A DNA stretch of 64,000 bases from Camelus dromedarius (lineage: Eukaryota). The stretch covers positions 11,844,001-11,908,000 of the forward strand of contig NC_087437.1 in the NCBI RefSeq assembly GCF_036321535.1. Direction: 5' to 3'. Below are positions 12,345-24,016 of the stretch, one piece after another (the first letter of the stretch is position 1; each line of letters opens with the position of its first letter). The translations under genes were made by a program, and so were the position numbers. The notes beneath the pieces are model-generated. The model was not told where the DNA came from and made no database searches. It was given only the letters and a program-made list of their open reading frames with translations.

Positions 12345-12990
12345 CTTAGTTTTAAGCTGCTTCAAGACAAGAAAGTGATCTATTTGCCCACTGCTCTTTC
12401 TCTAAATCCTAGAACAGTGCCTGGACCACAGCAGGTGATAGAAGAAATTTTCACATGAGATATAGGGAGGTCATTCTGGCTTATACATGAGTTAAGTTGA
12501 ATTTTTTAGCCTGTTTGTGGCCCATCAAACATGCATTATACATCTGCTTTAATTATTAAAGTAAAAGGCACATTGACCAGAAGTAAAGAATGTCCATGTT
12601 ACAAATAAAGTCTAAATGCCCTTCTTCCTGGGACGCCAGTGCTGGTCCTCCCTTGATGATAAGACTCCCTTCCCAGGTTCAAGGATATACTGTACGTGCC
12701 GGACGTGTATGTGCTGGTCTGTTTTTTCCTTTTCTTTTCTTTTCTTTGAAACCCTGAAGAAATGTATCTCTGACTTATTTAATGTTCTTTGTTCTGACAA
12801 GATATAAAACTGTGCTGAAAACTCTGTTTCTCTGGACCAGTTTCTCAGAGTAATTTGGGAAGTGGGCTTCCAAGCTAGTCTTCAGTTTGGCTCAAATAAA
12901 ACTCTTTTCTATTCTTACTATTGATTGTTTATTAATTATTTTCATCCACACGGGGAATCAATAAATATTTTCTGAATGAAGGATAAAAAG
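12345..12990 (+). mobile_element. L2 3' tail interrupted by an LTR
   Basis: 'cctagaacagtgcctggaccacagcagg' joins to 'aatcaataaatattttctgaatgaa' across the insert. Confidence 0.7.
12436..12950 (+). mobile_element. ERV1-like solo LTR (515 bp)
   Basis: TG...CA termini, TATA 'gatataaaac' at 12801-12810, AATAAA at 12895-12900, and 4-bp TSD cagg/cggg with one mismatch. Confidence 0.8.
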
Positions 12991-13189
12991 ATGTAGTAGA
13001 ACTTAGCTACATTATTGGTGACAAAGTAGGTCTATATGACTCTGAAAATGGACCTACCCTTTGACCCCGTAACGCGACCTTTGAGGAAAGAGAAGAAAAT
13101 CACCGTCTGGTGTGTAGATAACATGTCACTTTGGAGACAGCACTGACGTTCACTAGGATCAAGTGTAACGTACAGTTTCACATCTGGGT

Positions 13190-13385
13190 GGACTTAGACT
13201 CTGGAATCAGAAAGAAATCCTCACCCCACCGCTTGCTCACTGAGTGAACTGCGGTTTCAGTTTCTGGGAAACGTGGTTGACAACAAGTCTCTCTGCTCAT
13301 GGGATGGTTGACAGGACAGCACGAGGTGACGTGGGGACAGTTCGTTGAACAGAGCCTGGCATGTGGTACAGATTTAGCAAACAGG
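13190..13385 (+). mobile_element. MIR SINE
   Basis: 'agactctggaatcaga...tttcagtttct...acagagcctggcatgtggta'. Confidence 0.7.
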
Positions 13386-14319
13386 AGCAAGCTCTCCATC
13401 AGCCTAACCCTGAGAGTTAGATAGAGCCAGTCCTTACCCGGACACTTTCCTGCTCTCGGTTGGAATGTTGGTATAAGAAAAGGGTAAATCTCTGGTGACT
13501 CGAAGTCTCAGTGGTGACCTCCAGAGCAGTGCCACCTCTGACCCACACAAGTTTATGTGGCATCTCTGGCTGGGAGCCACTGTCATCATTGTCACTATTA
13601 TAATTAATGCTGTTCTATTCCTCTAAATAGCATTCTTAGAAAAAGAAAACAGCCTAAGTATTCCAAAAAGCTGTTAATCTACTTGTTGCCTAAGATATGA
13701 TCGTTAATAAAGTTTACTGGGAGAAATTTAATCTGGAAATGCCAATAGTACAGCATTACATATACAAATAAAATCCCAAGTTGTAATTAAACTTGATTTT
13801 AACTATTTATTCATAAATACATGGCTTATAAAATAATTGTTGGAGTGACAGCGTGGAACAGTAGAACATTGCTTCTCATTCCAAGTCTGTACATCAATTG
13901 TTGTTACACTATGTATGTAATAAGCACACACACTTAAGTATTTATATTCATCAGCTATGAAGGACTGTTCAGGGCATGGACCCAGTTTCTGAATTAATAA
14001 ACTCGTTTTCATCTCAGTAATGGACAGCTCGAGGGGTCCTGCTTTAAGGGTAAAGCCTTCAGTTCTAACGATTTTGGCTCAGAAATACTGCAGCAATAAG
14101 AACCAAGCAACTCTGATCTTCAGCCCTTGGCTTGAACTGTTTGTAAAATTTGTCATCTGAACTGAATTATTCAGATGGAAGGAATATTAGTAACAGAGAA
14201 ATGGTTAGCCCCGTTCCCCTTAACGATGAAATAAACAAGGTTACATCACCTGCGGCTGGTGGAGTCCCCACTGGACTTCTACACATACTCTATCTGTGAG
14301 GACACCACCCCACAGCATG

Positions 14320-14450
14320 CTGAGGTTGGCATGGACTCCATTTTAATGGTGAGAAGAATAAAACTCAGAAAAGTCAAGTGCCCTTTCCAGGGTCACAGCG
14401 CTCTGAAGTGTCAGAAGTTGGTTGGGAGCCCAGCCTTCTTGATTCTAAAC
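14320..14450 (-). mobile_element. MIR SINE fragment
   Basis: 'ccattttaatggtgagaagaataaaactcagaaaagtcaagtgccctttccagggtcacagc'. Confidence 0.7.
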
Positions 14451-15114
14451 CTGTTGTACGCCAAGGTCAGAGGCTGAGCAATTGGAAGTTAACAGACATA
14501 AATAAACTCTATTCTGGCCCATCTGCTTGAGATATCAAACCATGGCCTAAAGTTGCCTCCTTTTCCAGTAAGGCTTCTCTACCTCCCCCTACACCAACTT
14601 TCTTGAAAATGTAAATTACTCTCTAGTTTTGCTGAATCAGCAGTCAGACTAAAATAATATTACTAGGAGGAACGTAGTTTCTTCACTTATCTTCATGGGG
14701 AGTTAATTTTGAGGCTTAATGATCAGAAACGCTGTCCCTTCGTACTTGCAGTAACCTTTACAGGGCTGCAGAACGCAATCAGTCGGCGTGACTTCATTCC
14801 ATGCCTGTGTGGCTGGAGGATCTGACGCCTGAGTGGGGGAGCCCAGGGACGGAAGTTCCGGTGTTAACAGCTGCTCTCTGGATATGGGGAACTTTTCTTC
14901 TAGAGCTTTTCTACATCCAGGAATTGATCCCAACTCCTTATGTAATTCTTGCAGACGTGTGCACGTATTAAGTTGTTTGCTTGTAAGTCTCTCCAAAGTC
15001 TATCACAGAAAGTGAGGTGGGTGGTGATGGTGAGGTGGCTTCACATTCCTGGAAGATTTTAAATTTAAACTTTGACATTTTCTTCAAAGGAGGATGTACA
15101 GATAGACCACTTTA

Positions 15115-15340
15115 CAGAGTAGCAGTTGAAAGTGTGAGTTTTAGAGTCAGACCACCTGCTTTCCAGTTCTGACTCCGCCTCTTAGTACTGTGTGATTCCA
15201 GGCACCAGGCAATCTTTCTGTGACTCAGCATCCCTCATCTGCACAGTAGGGAGGAAGATAACAAGTACCTTATGGAATTGTTGAGGGTACAATGAAAATA
15301 TACCTTTTAAGCACTAGAAACAATAAGCTATTACTATTTG
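15115..15340 (+). mobile_element. MIR SINE
   Basis: 'ttttagagtcagaccacctg...ctctt agtactgtgtga...ctcagcatccctcatctgcacagtaggga'. Confidence 0.8.
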
Positions 15341-16439
15341 TCTATTTGTATGTTGGAGCAAAAGCAGTGATTTGTAAAGTGTAAGCATTTCAAATAGATT
15401 GCATGTTTTTTTAAACTTGATTGGGCATTTCTTCAAATTTTTCTTGATGGATTTAAAATCTCAAGGAATGGGAATTTTCCTGCTCTCTTGTTAGAGAATT
15501 TCCTTTTTGAAACTTCCTCATGGATTCTTGTCTCAGTGTTTGTCATGAGCATATAGATACTCCAATTTAAAATCAAATCACGTTCACAAATATGATTTAA
15601 CTGAAATAAGTCAAGGCATAGAATTTATTCTAATAAACACTTTAAGCTCCTGCTCCATTGTGCCAATGCATTTTTGTGGAGCCTTTGATTTCCAAAGTTA
15701 GAAATTAGTCCTGAAGCCAGTTCAGGTACCTCGTCACCATGCTTCCCCCCACCATTCAGCTCACAGGGCCTCTCCCTCCTCTGAACACGAACAGAACGCT
15801 TGTAATTCCACTATCAGTCCTTCTGCACTTACGCATTGTACTATATCTTTAGGCTTATGAATATCTGCCTTTCCCTTTCACTAGATTTTAAGCTCTTTTT
15901 AGGCAAGCGCTCACTTGCAACCCCCAAGCCAACTTTTACCTCTGATCCCTGAACCTGTAAGTATTGTCTGTCTCACCGCGTATCACTGCAGGTGCATAGC
16001 TCAGATGCCCTCATGATTTCCTTAAGAGATCTCTTTACAACAGGCATTCCTTGAGTTTCAGAAAAACAGGCACATCATTTTGGGGAGGGCTGATTGTGAG
16101 TGGTCACACTGCAGAGAATGCATATGACCCCTACCTCCTCTTCTACCTTGCTGCCCTCCACCTTGACCTCCCTAGAGTACCCATCCAGAGCTCCAGATTC
16201 TTCTTTCTCTGGTATTTTGGAACTTTTCCACTCTGCATAGATGTCTGCAGGGGCAGCCAATCCTCAACAAATAATTTGGCTACAAACATTTTCTCCAACC
16301 TCTGACTGCTTTGGATTATCCTAGACTAGCAACTGGCAATTCTATAATGTGTATACCATAGGCACCTGGTGATGTAGGTGATGAGGATTTCTTGAAAAAT
16401 CTGGGAAGGGACTCTCCTGGGTATAGAATCATGCCCCTT

Positions 16440-16792
16440 CGCTATAGACTGAAAGCTTGTGTCCTCCCAGATTTCATATGTTGTAACCTAGTCTTGAAGG
16501 TGATGGTATTAGGAGGTGGGACCTTTGGGAGCTGATGAGGCCATGAAGACAGCGCTCTCATCAGTGGGATCAATGTCCTTGTGTAGGAGTCCCCAGAGAG
16601 CTCCCTGTGCCCTCCCACTACCTGAGGTTAGAGGCAGAAGATGGCCATCAGTGAGGACACGGGCTCTCACCAGACACTGAATCTGCCGATGCCCGCATCC
16701 TGGACTTCCAGCCTCTAGAACTATGAGAGATACGTGTCTGTTTTTAATAAGCCTGGTGTATTCTGTTATAGCAGCCCGAGTGGACTAAGACA
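16440..16792 (+). mobile_element. MaLR solo LTR (MLT1A/MLT1A0-like), near full length
   Basis: 'gctatagactgaa...gtgatggtattaggaggtgggacctttggga...ggacttccagcctctagaact...tatagcagcccgagtggactaagaca'. Confidence 0.9.
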
Positions 16793-17450
16793 TCTCCCCA
16801 GCAGGATGACACCACACAGGGATCTGTTCTCACTAACAGTGGAAGCATTTTAAGGAGAGATCTAGTCTTAAGTTGGCTGCTACACTACCACTTCTCTAGC
16901 CAATCGCCTCGGTTAGAACTGATGATCAATGGGAAGTTTACTGCTCTAATCTCAAGCCTGGAAAATACTTGGAAGATTTTGCTTCTCTTAACGCTCATGC
17001 CTTGGATGTGTGGAAAGTTCATGGGTCTTAAAGGAATGCTAAACTTTCACTCGTATCCAAGCAGTCTGACTGTGCAGCCTTGGGGGTAAACAAAAAGCTA
17101 GGGTGTAGTCGCTGTGTGGCAATTAGATCAAGTTTCTCCATCTTTTCCCTCGTGACAGGATGAAGAGTTGAAGGTTCCCAGAACCCAGAGGGCAAAGGGA
17201 TTTCCTGTTCTTCATAAGAACAGCTGGTTTCTGGAGGAGAGAACCTTACAAAGGAGGCTAGAACTTTCCAAAATTAGTGTGGAGAGGAAATGTTGTCTAT
17301 TTATGACTCAGGAGATTTGAGGAGTAAGACGCAGCAGGGACAAGTGCTGTGGAGCTGCAGGAAAGCCCCACATCAACACTAAGATGTTGGCCTGAGGTCT
17401 GGATACGAACCCAACCTCAGTGCATTGTAAGCCGTATTAAGAGTACATAT

Positions 17451-17550
17451 GGGGGGAGGGTATAGGTCAAGTGGTAGAGCGTGTGCTCGGCATGCATGAG
17501 GGTCCTGGGTTCAATCCCCAATACCGCCAATAAAAAATAATTAAATAAAT
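17451..17550 (+). mobile_element. tRNA-Ala-derived camelid SINE (Vic-1 type), copy 1
   Basis: A box 'tataggtcaagtgg', B box 'gggttcaatccc', tRNA-Ala-like body and A-rich tail. Confidence 0.9.
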
Positions 17551-17571
17551 GTATGAAAAAATATTACATAT

Positions 17572-17701
17572 GGGAGGAGGGTTTAACTCAGTGATAGAGT
17601 GCATGCTTAGCATGTACAAGGTCCTGGGTTCAATCCCCAATACCTCCATTAAAAATAAATAAGTAAATAAACTTAATTATCCACTCCCCCCCCCCCCCAG
17701 A
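17572..17701 (+). mobile_element. tRNA-Ala-derived camelid SINE (Vic-1 type), copy 2, with C-rich 3' extension
   Basis: 'aactcagtgatagagtgcatgcttagcatgtacaaggtcctgggttcaatccccaatacctcca' followed by an AT tail and poly-C. Confidence 0.9.
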
Positions 17702-18471
17702 AAGAGTACCTATTTAGGCTCTCGGGTTAACACGTTAACAAGTTTTGTAACTTGATACAAAACTGTGGTTTACATCATGAATGTCTGAGGATAGAATAGA
17801 CCAGTCTTACCCAAAGTGTGGACTGCAAGCTATTGTTAGGTGGTACACAGCTCATCTTTTAACCTTTTATACATTTGTGTTTACTAAAATATATAGAAAA
17901 TAAATAATTAGTATATAAAATCCAGGATTTCATACACAGGTTACAATCTCCAAGAACTATACATAATGTGTTCAAGTATGACCAGAATTGTTGCAAGACT
18001 TTGATAACTAAAATTTTCACCCAAACCATCTGTCATATAGATAGCTCAGATAATGTGGATTGGATTTGTGTAAACAGAATTTCCACATTCACCTTCATGT
18101 GTCTTGCAGGGGTGTAACAAAAGAGGGGGGTTGGATTTTTTATATATCATGATGGTGGTGTATGAATAACCAATAGACAGTGGGTTAGCCAACCACTTGG
18201 TGAACATGTTGCAGTAGAGATTCAGGTGTTAATTGGGATAAAGTGGACTTTGAGGTCCCTTGCCTGCTGGAGAGTGTAACACTCTCATGGGACCTGAAGA
18301 AGGGACTTTTTAAGGAACGGATGTCGCCATTGTCAAAGGATACAGGACATCCTTAACGTTCTTGTAACGAAGAGCACTTAGTGCGAAGGGGTCAGTTTTC
18401 TTTAGACATCTTATACTGCATGAGAGGCTCCACAATGAACAACTGTGTTGCATCCCACACAACTTTTAAAC

Positions 18472-18942
18472 TTTCTTTTATTGAAATGTATTTGATTTAT
18501 AATATTAGTTTCAGGTATACAGCAAAGTGATTCAGTTACACATATACATACGTATATATTTTTTCCTTTCAGATTCTTTTCCATTGTGTGCTAGTACAAG
18601 AAATTGAATATAGTTCCCTGTGCTATATAACAGGTCCTTGTTTTTGTTAATGTATTCTATATATAGTAATGTGTGTATCTGTTAATCCCCAACCCTTAAT
18701 TTATCCCTCCCTACCCTTCCCCCTTTGGTAACCATAGTTTGTTTTCTACGTCTGTGAGTCTGTTTTTGGTTTGTAAATAGAATTTGTATCATTTTTAAAA
18801 TTTAAAGACCCCATGTAAATGATATAATATGATATTTGTCTTTCTCTGTCTGGTTTACTTCCCTCAATATAATAATCTCTAGTTCCATCCATGTTGCTGC
18901 AGATGACATTATTTTATCATTTTTTATGGCTAAATAGTATTT

Positions 18943-18999
<57 letters not shown>

Positions 19000-19290
19000 T
19001 ATATATTGTTTTATATATATATCACATCTTCTTTATCCAGTCATCTGTTGATGGACATTTATCCGTGTCTTGGCTATTATAAATAGTGCTGCTATGAACA
19101 TTGGGGTGCATATTTCTTTTTTAATTATAGTTTTCTCCAGATATATGCCCGGGAATGGGATTGCTGGGTCATGTGGTAGTTCTATTTTTAGTTTTTTAAG
19201 GAACTTCCACAGTGGCTGCACCAATTTACATTCCCACCAAAAGTGTAGGAGGGTTCCCTTTTCTCCACACTCTCTCCAGCATTCATCATT
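18472..19290 (-). mobile_element. Relatively young L1 3' end (ORF2 C-terminus and 3'UTR)
   Basis: ORF 19033..19224 ([38 protein letters not shown]) is the L1 ORF2 C-terminus. The 3'UTR resembles the copies at 24017 and 30718. Confidence 0.92.
18946..19000. repeat. (TG)n microsatellite
   Basis: About 23 uninterrupted TG units. Confidence 0.97.
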
Positions 19291-19807
19291 CTACACAACT
19301 TTTGAGTGTGGCCATTTGTTTCGGTGGAAAATCTCTTGGTCATTATCTGAGCCTAAAACTTAACTCTGTTTGATGTATAAACAGCAATTTTTTAGTTTTA
19401 TATAATACACACTCACTTTTACAAGTATACAACTATGGTGTCATTCACAGGGCCACTGTTTAAGGACGGAAGTCCATCTTGGTTTATTAGAAATTACTTT
19501 ATTTTTATTAGAATTAGGGCATCATTAATTTTTAAGAAATGGCATGTTTATTTGGGTTATATTATCTGTGAATTTTATATCTGGTTCTGTTTGAGAATGT
19601 TGGGGGCTGTAGCTTCCTGCACACATCCTCTTGTCATTAATGGGGCTTCTGTTCTTTGTCTTCTCCAAAGATCAGGCTCTGTGGGCTGGTGACAGAATAT
19701 TATTCAGCTCTTGCGTTAGAGAAATTCTACTTACTGGAATTTCCAGAAAATTTTCATTAGAATTTCCACAACGAGCCCTAAAGATCTTTGGATTTCTACA
19801 CTATTTC

Positions 19808-20743
19808 TGGAGTGAGTGAGTGAGTTATTTATTTATTTAACAATTTTTAAAGGTTAATTTCTGTTTACAGTTATTACAAAATATTGGCTATATTCCCTCA
19901 TGTTGTACAAAACATCCTTGAGCCTATCTTACACCCAGTAGTTTTTACCTCCCACTCCCTCACCCCAATGTTGCCCCTCCCTCCCTTCCCCTGGTAACCA
20001 CTAGTTTGTTCTCTGTATCTGTGAATCTGCTGCTTTTTTGTTATGTTCACTAGTTCATTGTATTTTTCAGATTCCACTTGTAAGTGATATCAAACAGTAT
20101 TTGTTTTACTCTCTCTGACTTATTTCCCTTAGCATAATGCCCTTCAAGTCCATCCATGTTGCTGCAAATGGCAAAATTTCATTCTTTTTTATGGCTGAGT
20201 GGTCTTCCATTGTGTGTGTGTGTGTCTCTCTCTATATGTGTGTGTGTGTATATATTTATTTATCTTATAATTTATAAGATATCTTATATATCTTATTTAT
20301 CCATTTGTTGATGGACATTTAGATTGTTTCCATATCTTGGTAATTGTAAATAATGCTGAATATGAACACTGGTGTGCATGCATCTTTTCAATTTAGTGTG
20401 TTTGTTTTCTTCAGGTATAATACTCAGGAGTGAAATGGCTGGGTCATCTGGTGGTTCTATTTGTAGTGTTTTGAGAAACCTGCATACTGTTTTCCATAGT
20501 GGCTGCAACAATTTACATTCCCACCAACTGTGTACTAGGGTTTCCTTTTCTCCACATCTCCACCAGTGTTTGTTATTTGTTGTTCTTTTGATAGTTGCCA
20601 TTGTGACAGGTGTGAGGTGATAGCTCACTGTGGTTTTGATTTGCATTTCCCCAATGATTAGCTATGTTTCGTATGCCTGTTGGCTGTCTGCATTACCTCT
20701 CACCTGAGATAGCTCCACGCACGATAAGACATTTCTCCAAAGA
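19808..20743 (-). mobile_element. 5'-truncated L1 with short 5' inversion and 18-bp TSD
   Basis: ORF 20293..20646 (MQIKTT.SYHLTPV.MA.IK....[26 protein letters not shown]-type) is the L1 ORF2 Cys-rich end. TSD GGATTTCTACACTATTTC at 19790-19807 and 20744-20761. Confidence 0.93.
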
Positions 20744-20854
20744 GGATTTCTACACTATTTCAATCTAAAAGATCTTGTTTAGTTTACTAGATAGTAGATT
20801 AAAGAAATATCTCTTTTCTACAAAAATATTAAACCCACTTGTTATTCTTTTCAG

Positions 20855-21010
20855 CTTAGCTGTCTTCAGACTTCAGTGTACATTGAGTCCCTGGGACCAC
20901 TTGCAAAAATGCAGATTCCTGGATCCCATCATGATAATGTTGCATTTTAAGAAAGCATCTTCATATTTCTTATATGGATTGTTCATGAGACATAAGTTTG
21001 AGAAAACTGC
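20855..21010. mobile_element. MER5-family hAT MITE (degenerate)
   Basis: 'aaaaatgcagattcctggatccc...tgcattttaagaaagc...aagtttgagaaaactg'. Confidence 0.65.
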
Positions 21011-21591
21011 TGGAGATCGTATAATTCACCCTAGAGCTGAAAAGAAAAACTAACCAGACCTTGATCTCTTACCTGTCAAAATAGTCTTACAGCCCCCACA
21101 AGTAAAATAGACCCCTCTGTTCTGATGGGCAGAATCAACCAATTTTTTTAAAGCCAGTTATTCAAATATTTTCCCTGTCTTGGTCCTGGCTTCAAAAATG
21201 TATATCAGGGTATGTAATGTAAATGCATTACATTAAAAAAAAAAAAGTGTTTCTATGCTAAACGATGCACTTTCCTAGGTCACTTAAGTTCCAGGCTTTG
21301 ATATTCATCTTAGTTTAAGAAATTGGTTAAGAGCAGAACAAATTAAATGAACTTTGGCTGATATTTATTTGAATCCATCATAAAAGCTGTTCAACTTCAA
21401 CCTTCAAAGGAAATTCAATCAATTTTAAGTTATTGAATCTCAGACCTAAGTTTGGCAAAGGATGCACCAATGTTTCCATGGTACTTCTGCTGCCTCCTCT
21501 TGTGAAAAACTCCATTGATCTAATAGTTCAGAAAATCTAACATTAGAAAGGCTGAAAATTAATTAGCTAAAATGAGTAGCTAGTCAGTAAG

Positions 21592-22020
21592 TGCAGTAGT
21601 CAGGGGTATTCAGAGAAACAGAACCTTTCTCTCTTCTCTCTCTCTCTCTACATGTAAGGGAGCGAGAAAAAGAAATTTTAGAGAATTGTTTCACATCATG
21701 ATAGCAGCTGGCAAGTCTGAAATTTTGGCAAGCTGGAATCCCAGCAGGAGTTGCTCTTGCAGTCTTGACTCCAAAAGCAGTCTAGAGGTGGAATTCCTTC
21801 TTTTTCAAGGGGGGACCTCTGTCTTTTCTTTTAAGCCTTTCAACTGATTGGATGAGGCCCACCCACTTTGTGAAAGGTAATCTTCTTTACTCAAAGTCTA
21901 CTGATTTAAATGTTCATTACAACTTAAAAAAAAAATCTTCCCAGCAACACCTTGACCGACACTTGACTAAGTAACGGGGGACAATACTCTCCCAAGCTGA
22001 CACATATAATTAACTAAATA
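21592..22020 (-). mobile_element. ERVL LTR (MLT2C/D-like)
   Basis: 'cagagaaacagaacc...gctggcaagtctgaaatt...ctttcaactgattggatgaggcccaccc...tactcaaagtctactgatttaaatgtt...agctgacacat'. Confidence 0.88.
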
Positions 22021-23574
22021 ATGAAGAACCAAAATGGATCATAATGGACACCTGACACTTGAAATCGGTGTCATCTTTGAAAGTTATGCTGTAGCGTTAC
22101 CTAATCTACGCCATATTTTTTCCCCTCTATACCATCCTAATGTTGGAAAATGCCTGTTTCCAGGGAAATCCTGGCCATTCTTCATGCCATAAATTAACCC
22201 ATAGGTTGTATTTATAAGGCAATGAAAGAAAGGTTTAAAACTCAGACAGAGAGACAGAGATTTTTCTGCGTTCTGCCCACAGTTGCCCTCCACTTGGCAG
22301 GAGTATCTCCACTTCATCAAGCAGTCACCTGTGTCACCAGGTTGCCATCTAATATCAAGCTTTTTTTTTTTCTTATCTCTTTGTAACATACAGGATTATA
22401 ACTGAGTTCTTATCACTCTCATCTTATAATGATAAGTTCAGGTTTCTAGCCATTGATTCAGATGCGGCTTTCTGTATCCTATAGCTTTATAATTTTGAAT
22501 CAAAGCATCACTTTTCTAAGTACAGGGGTCTTTTTAAGAACAGAAATATGTGATTTATTCAAAAAATTTAGCAAATATATCCGTATTAGCTGTTCTACTT
22601 GAACATCAGAGTGATCCCATGTGTAAATTTCTTCTTTGAGGAAGACCTTAGGAAATCTTTGGGTGTCCTGGAATCTGCCTTTCAGTTTTCAGCCCGCTAC
22701 CACCCATTTAGCTATGGCCTTTGAGTAGCTGCCCAGAAAGGCAGAGGGAGGGCTTCCTTCTGGTCAAGGTTGAAGCTTCTCCCATTTCTCCATTGCCTTC
22801 TTTCTTAAGAAGTGCTGGTCACACTGGAATTGGGTTCCTTGAGGCTCGTGACCAGCATCTCACCCTCTGTATGTGAAGGACCCTTTTTCCCCAGGCTATG
22901 GGACACCAGCGCATGGCCTCTCTGTCTCAGGCCCCTCCCTGGCGCCCCAGGAGTCCCCACTGTTTGTTTTCTCACCTCTGCCTGCCCATCAGCAGTGTGA
23001 AGAAGGGATGTCTGCTTAGTTTTGCTGCCAGTCACAAACAAACACATTCCTTCTTAAGGAAACAACCTGCGGCTTTGCTTTCACACCCTCAGCTTGCAGA
23101 AAGAAATCCAAGGCTAATAGCATTAGATTTGTGTCAAAAGCATTATTTATGTTCATTAGACATGGTGTGAAAACACAGTGGCTTGTACACAGACTGGGGC
23201 ATTTTGCTATCATCTCACTTGCCACTTTAGTGCAATCTTGTTAAGTGTTAATATAACACTTACATAGTAATTGGTTATTAAAATATATAATTATATCTAA
23301 TCTTCTAATCCATGGAAAAAGACAGCCTTAGATTTTGCATATTTATGAGACTGTGTATGATTTTTCCCCCAAAATGGGGTAGTAGATAATGAGCCTCCTA
23401 AAAACAAATTTGTTCAACCAGATTGAAACTCACTGTATTTCACTGAGAAATGGCAGCCTTGTTTTTGATATTTAAGATTAATTTTCTAAGAAAGCCAGAA
23501 GAAAGATTCAAAAGGCACCTGAAAGCAGGACCAGACTGATTTTTTTTCATTCAATAGCAATCACTAATTAAATT

Positions 23575-23830
23575 GTTTTTTTATTCCAGAGATATTTATT
23601 GAGGGTCAACTAATTGCCAAGCACTGTGGTAGGCTTTATAAATGGTAGAAACAAAAATACAAGGTCTTAATTATCATAGAACTTCAATTGCTATGTATAG
23701 GGCAGGTGGGGGTGAGAAATTTTGAGCAAGTGAACCAAAAAATACAATAAATGTACATACATGAATATTTTCAAATAATGAAATAGAAGAATATGAAGGA
23801 GACGGCCAGGGTAGTAGGAGAGAAAAGAAA
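23575..23830 (-). mobile_element. L2 3' fragment
   Basis: 'atatttattgagggtcaactaattgccaagcactgtggtaggc'. Confidence 0.6.
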
Positions 23831-24016
23831 GGGGGTTCCTGTCCTATCTGCGGGCTCCTGCGAGTACTCCAGACACCGCAGTCATAGAGGAGCCATTCCA
23901 GACTGAGACACCAAGTTTTCAGTGTTTTAGTCCAAACAGGGAAACAACAGATGCACTGATGATTGACAGTCCAGTTTGGTAGGTTCTGTGCTAACTGTCA
24001 AGAAAGAGATCTCCTA

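Noticed and set aside
18457..19303. ACACAACTTTT direct repeat as the L1 TSD
   Set aside because: The right copy overlaps sequence that also resembles the continuing L1 consensus ('acttttgagtgtggccatt'), so it is ambiguous.
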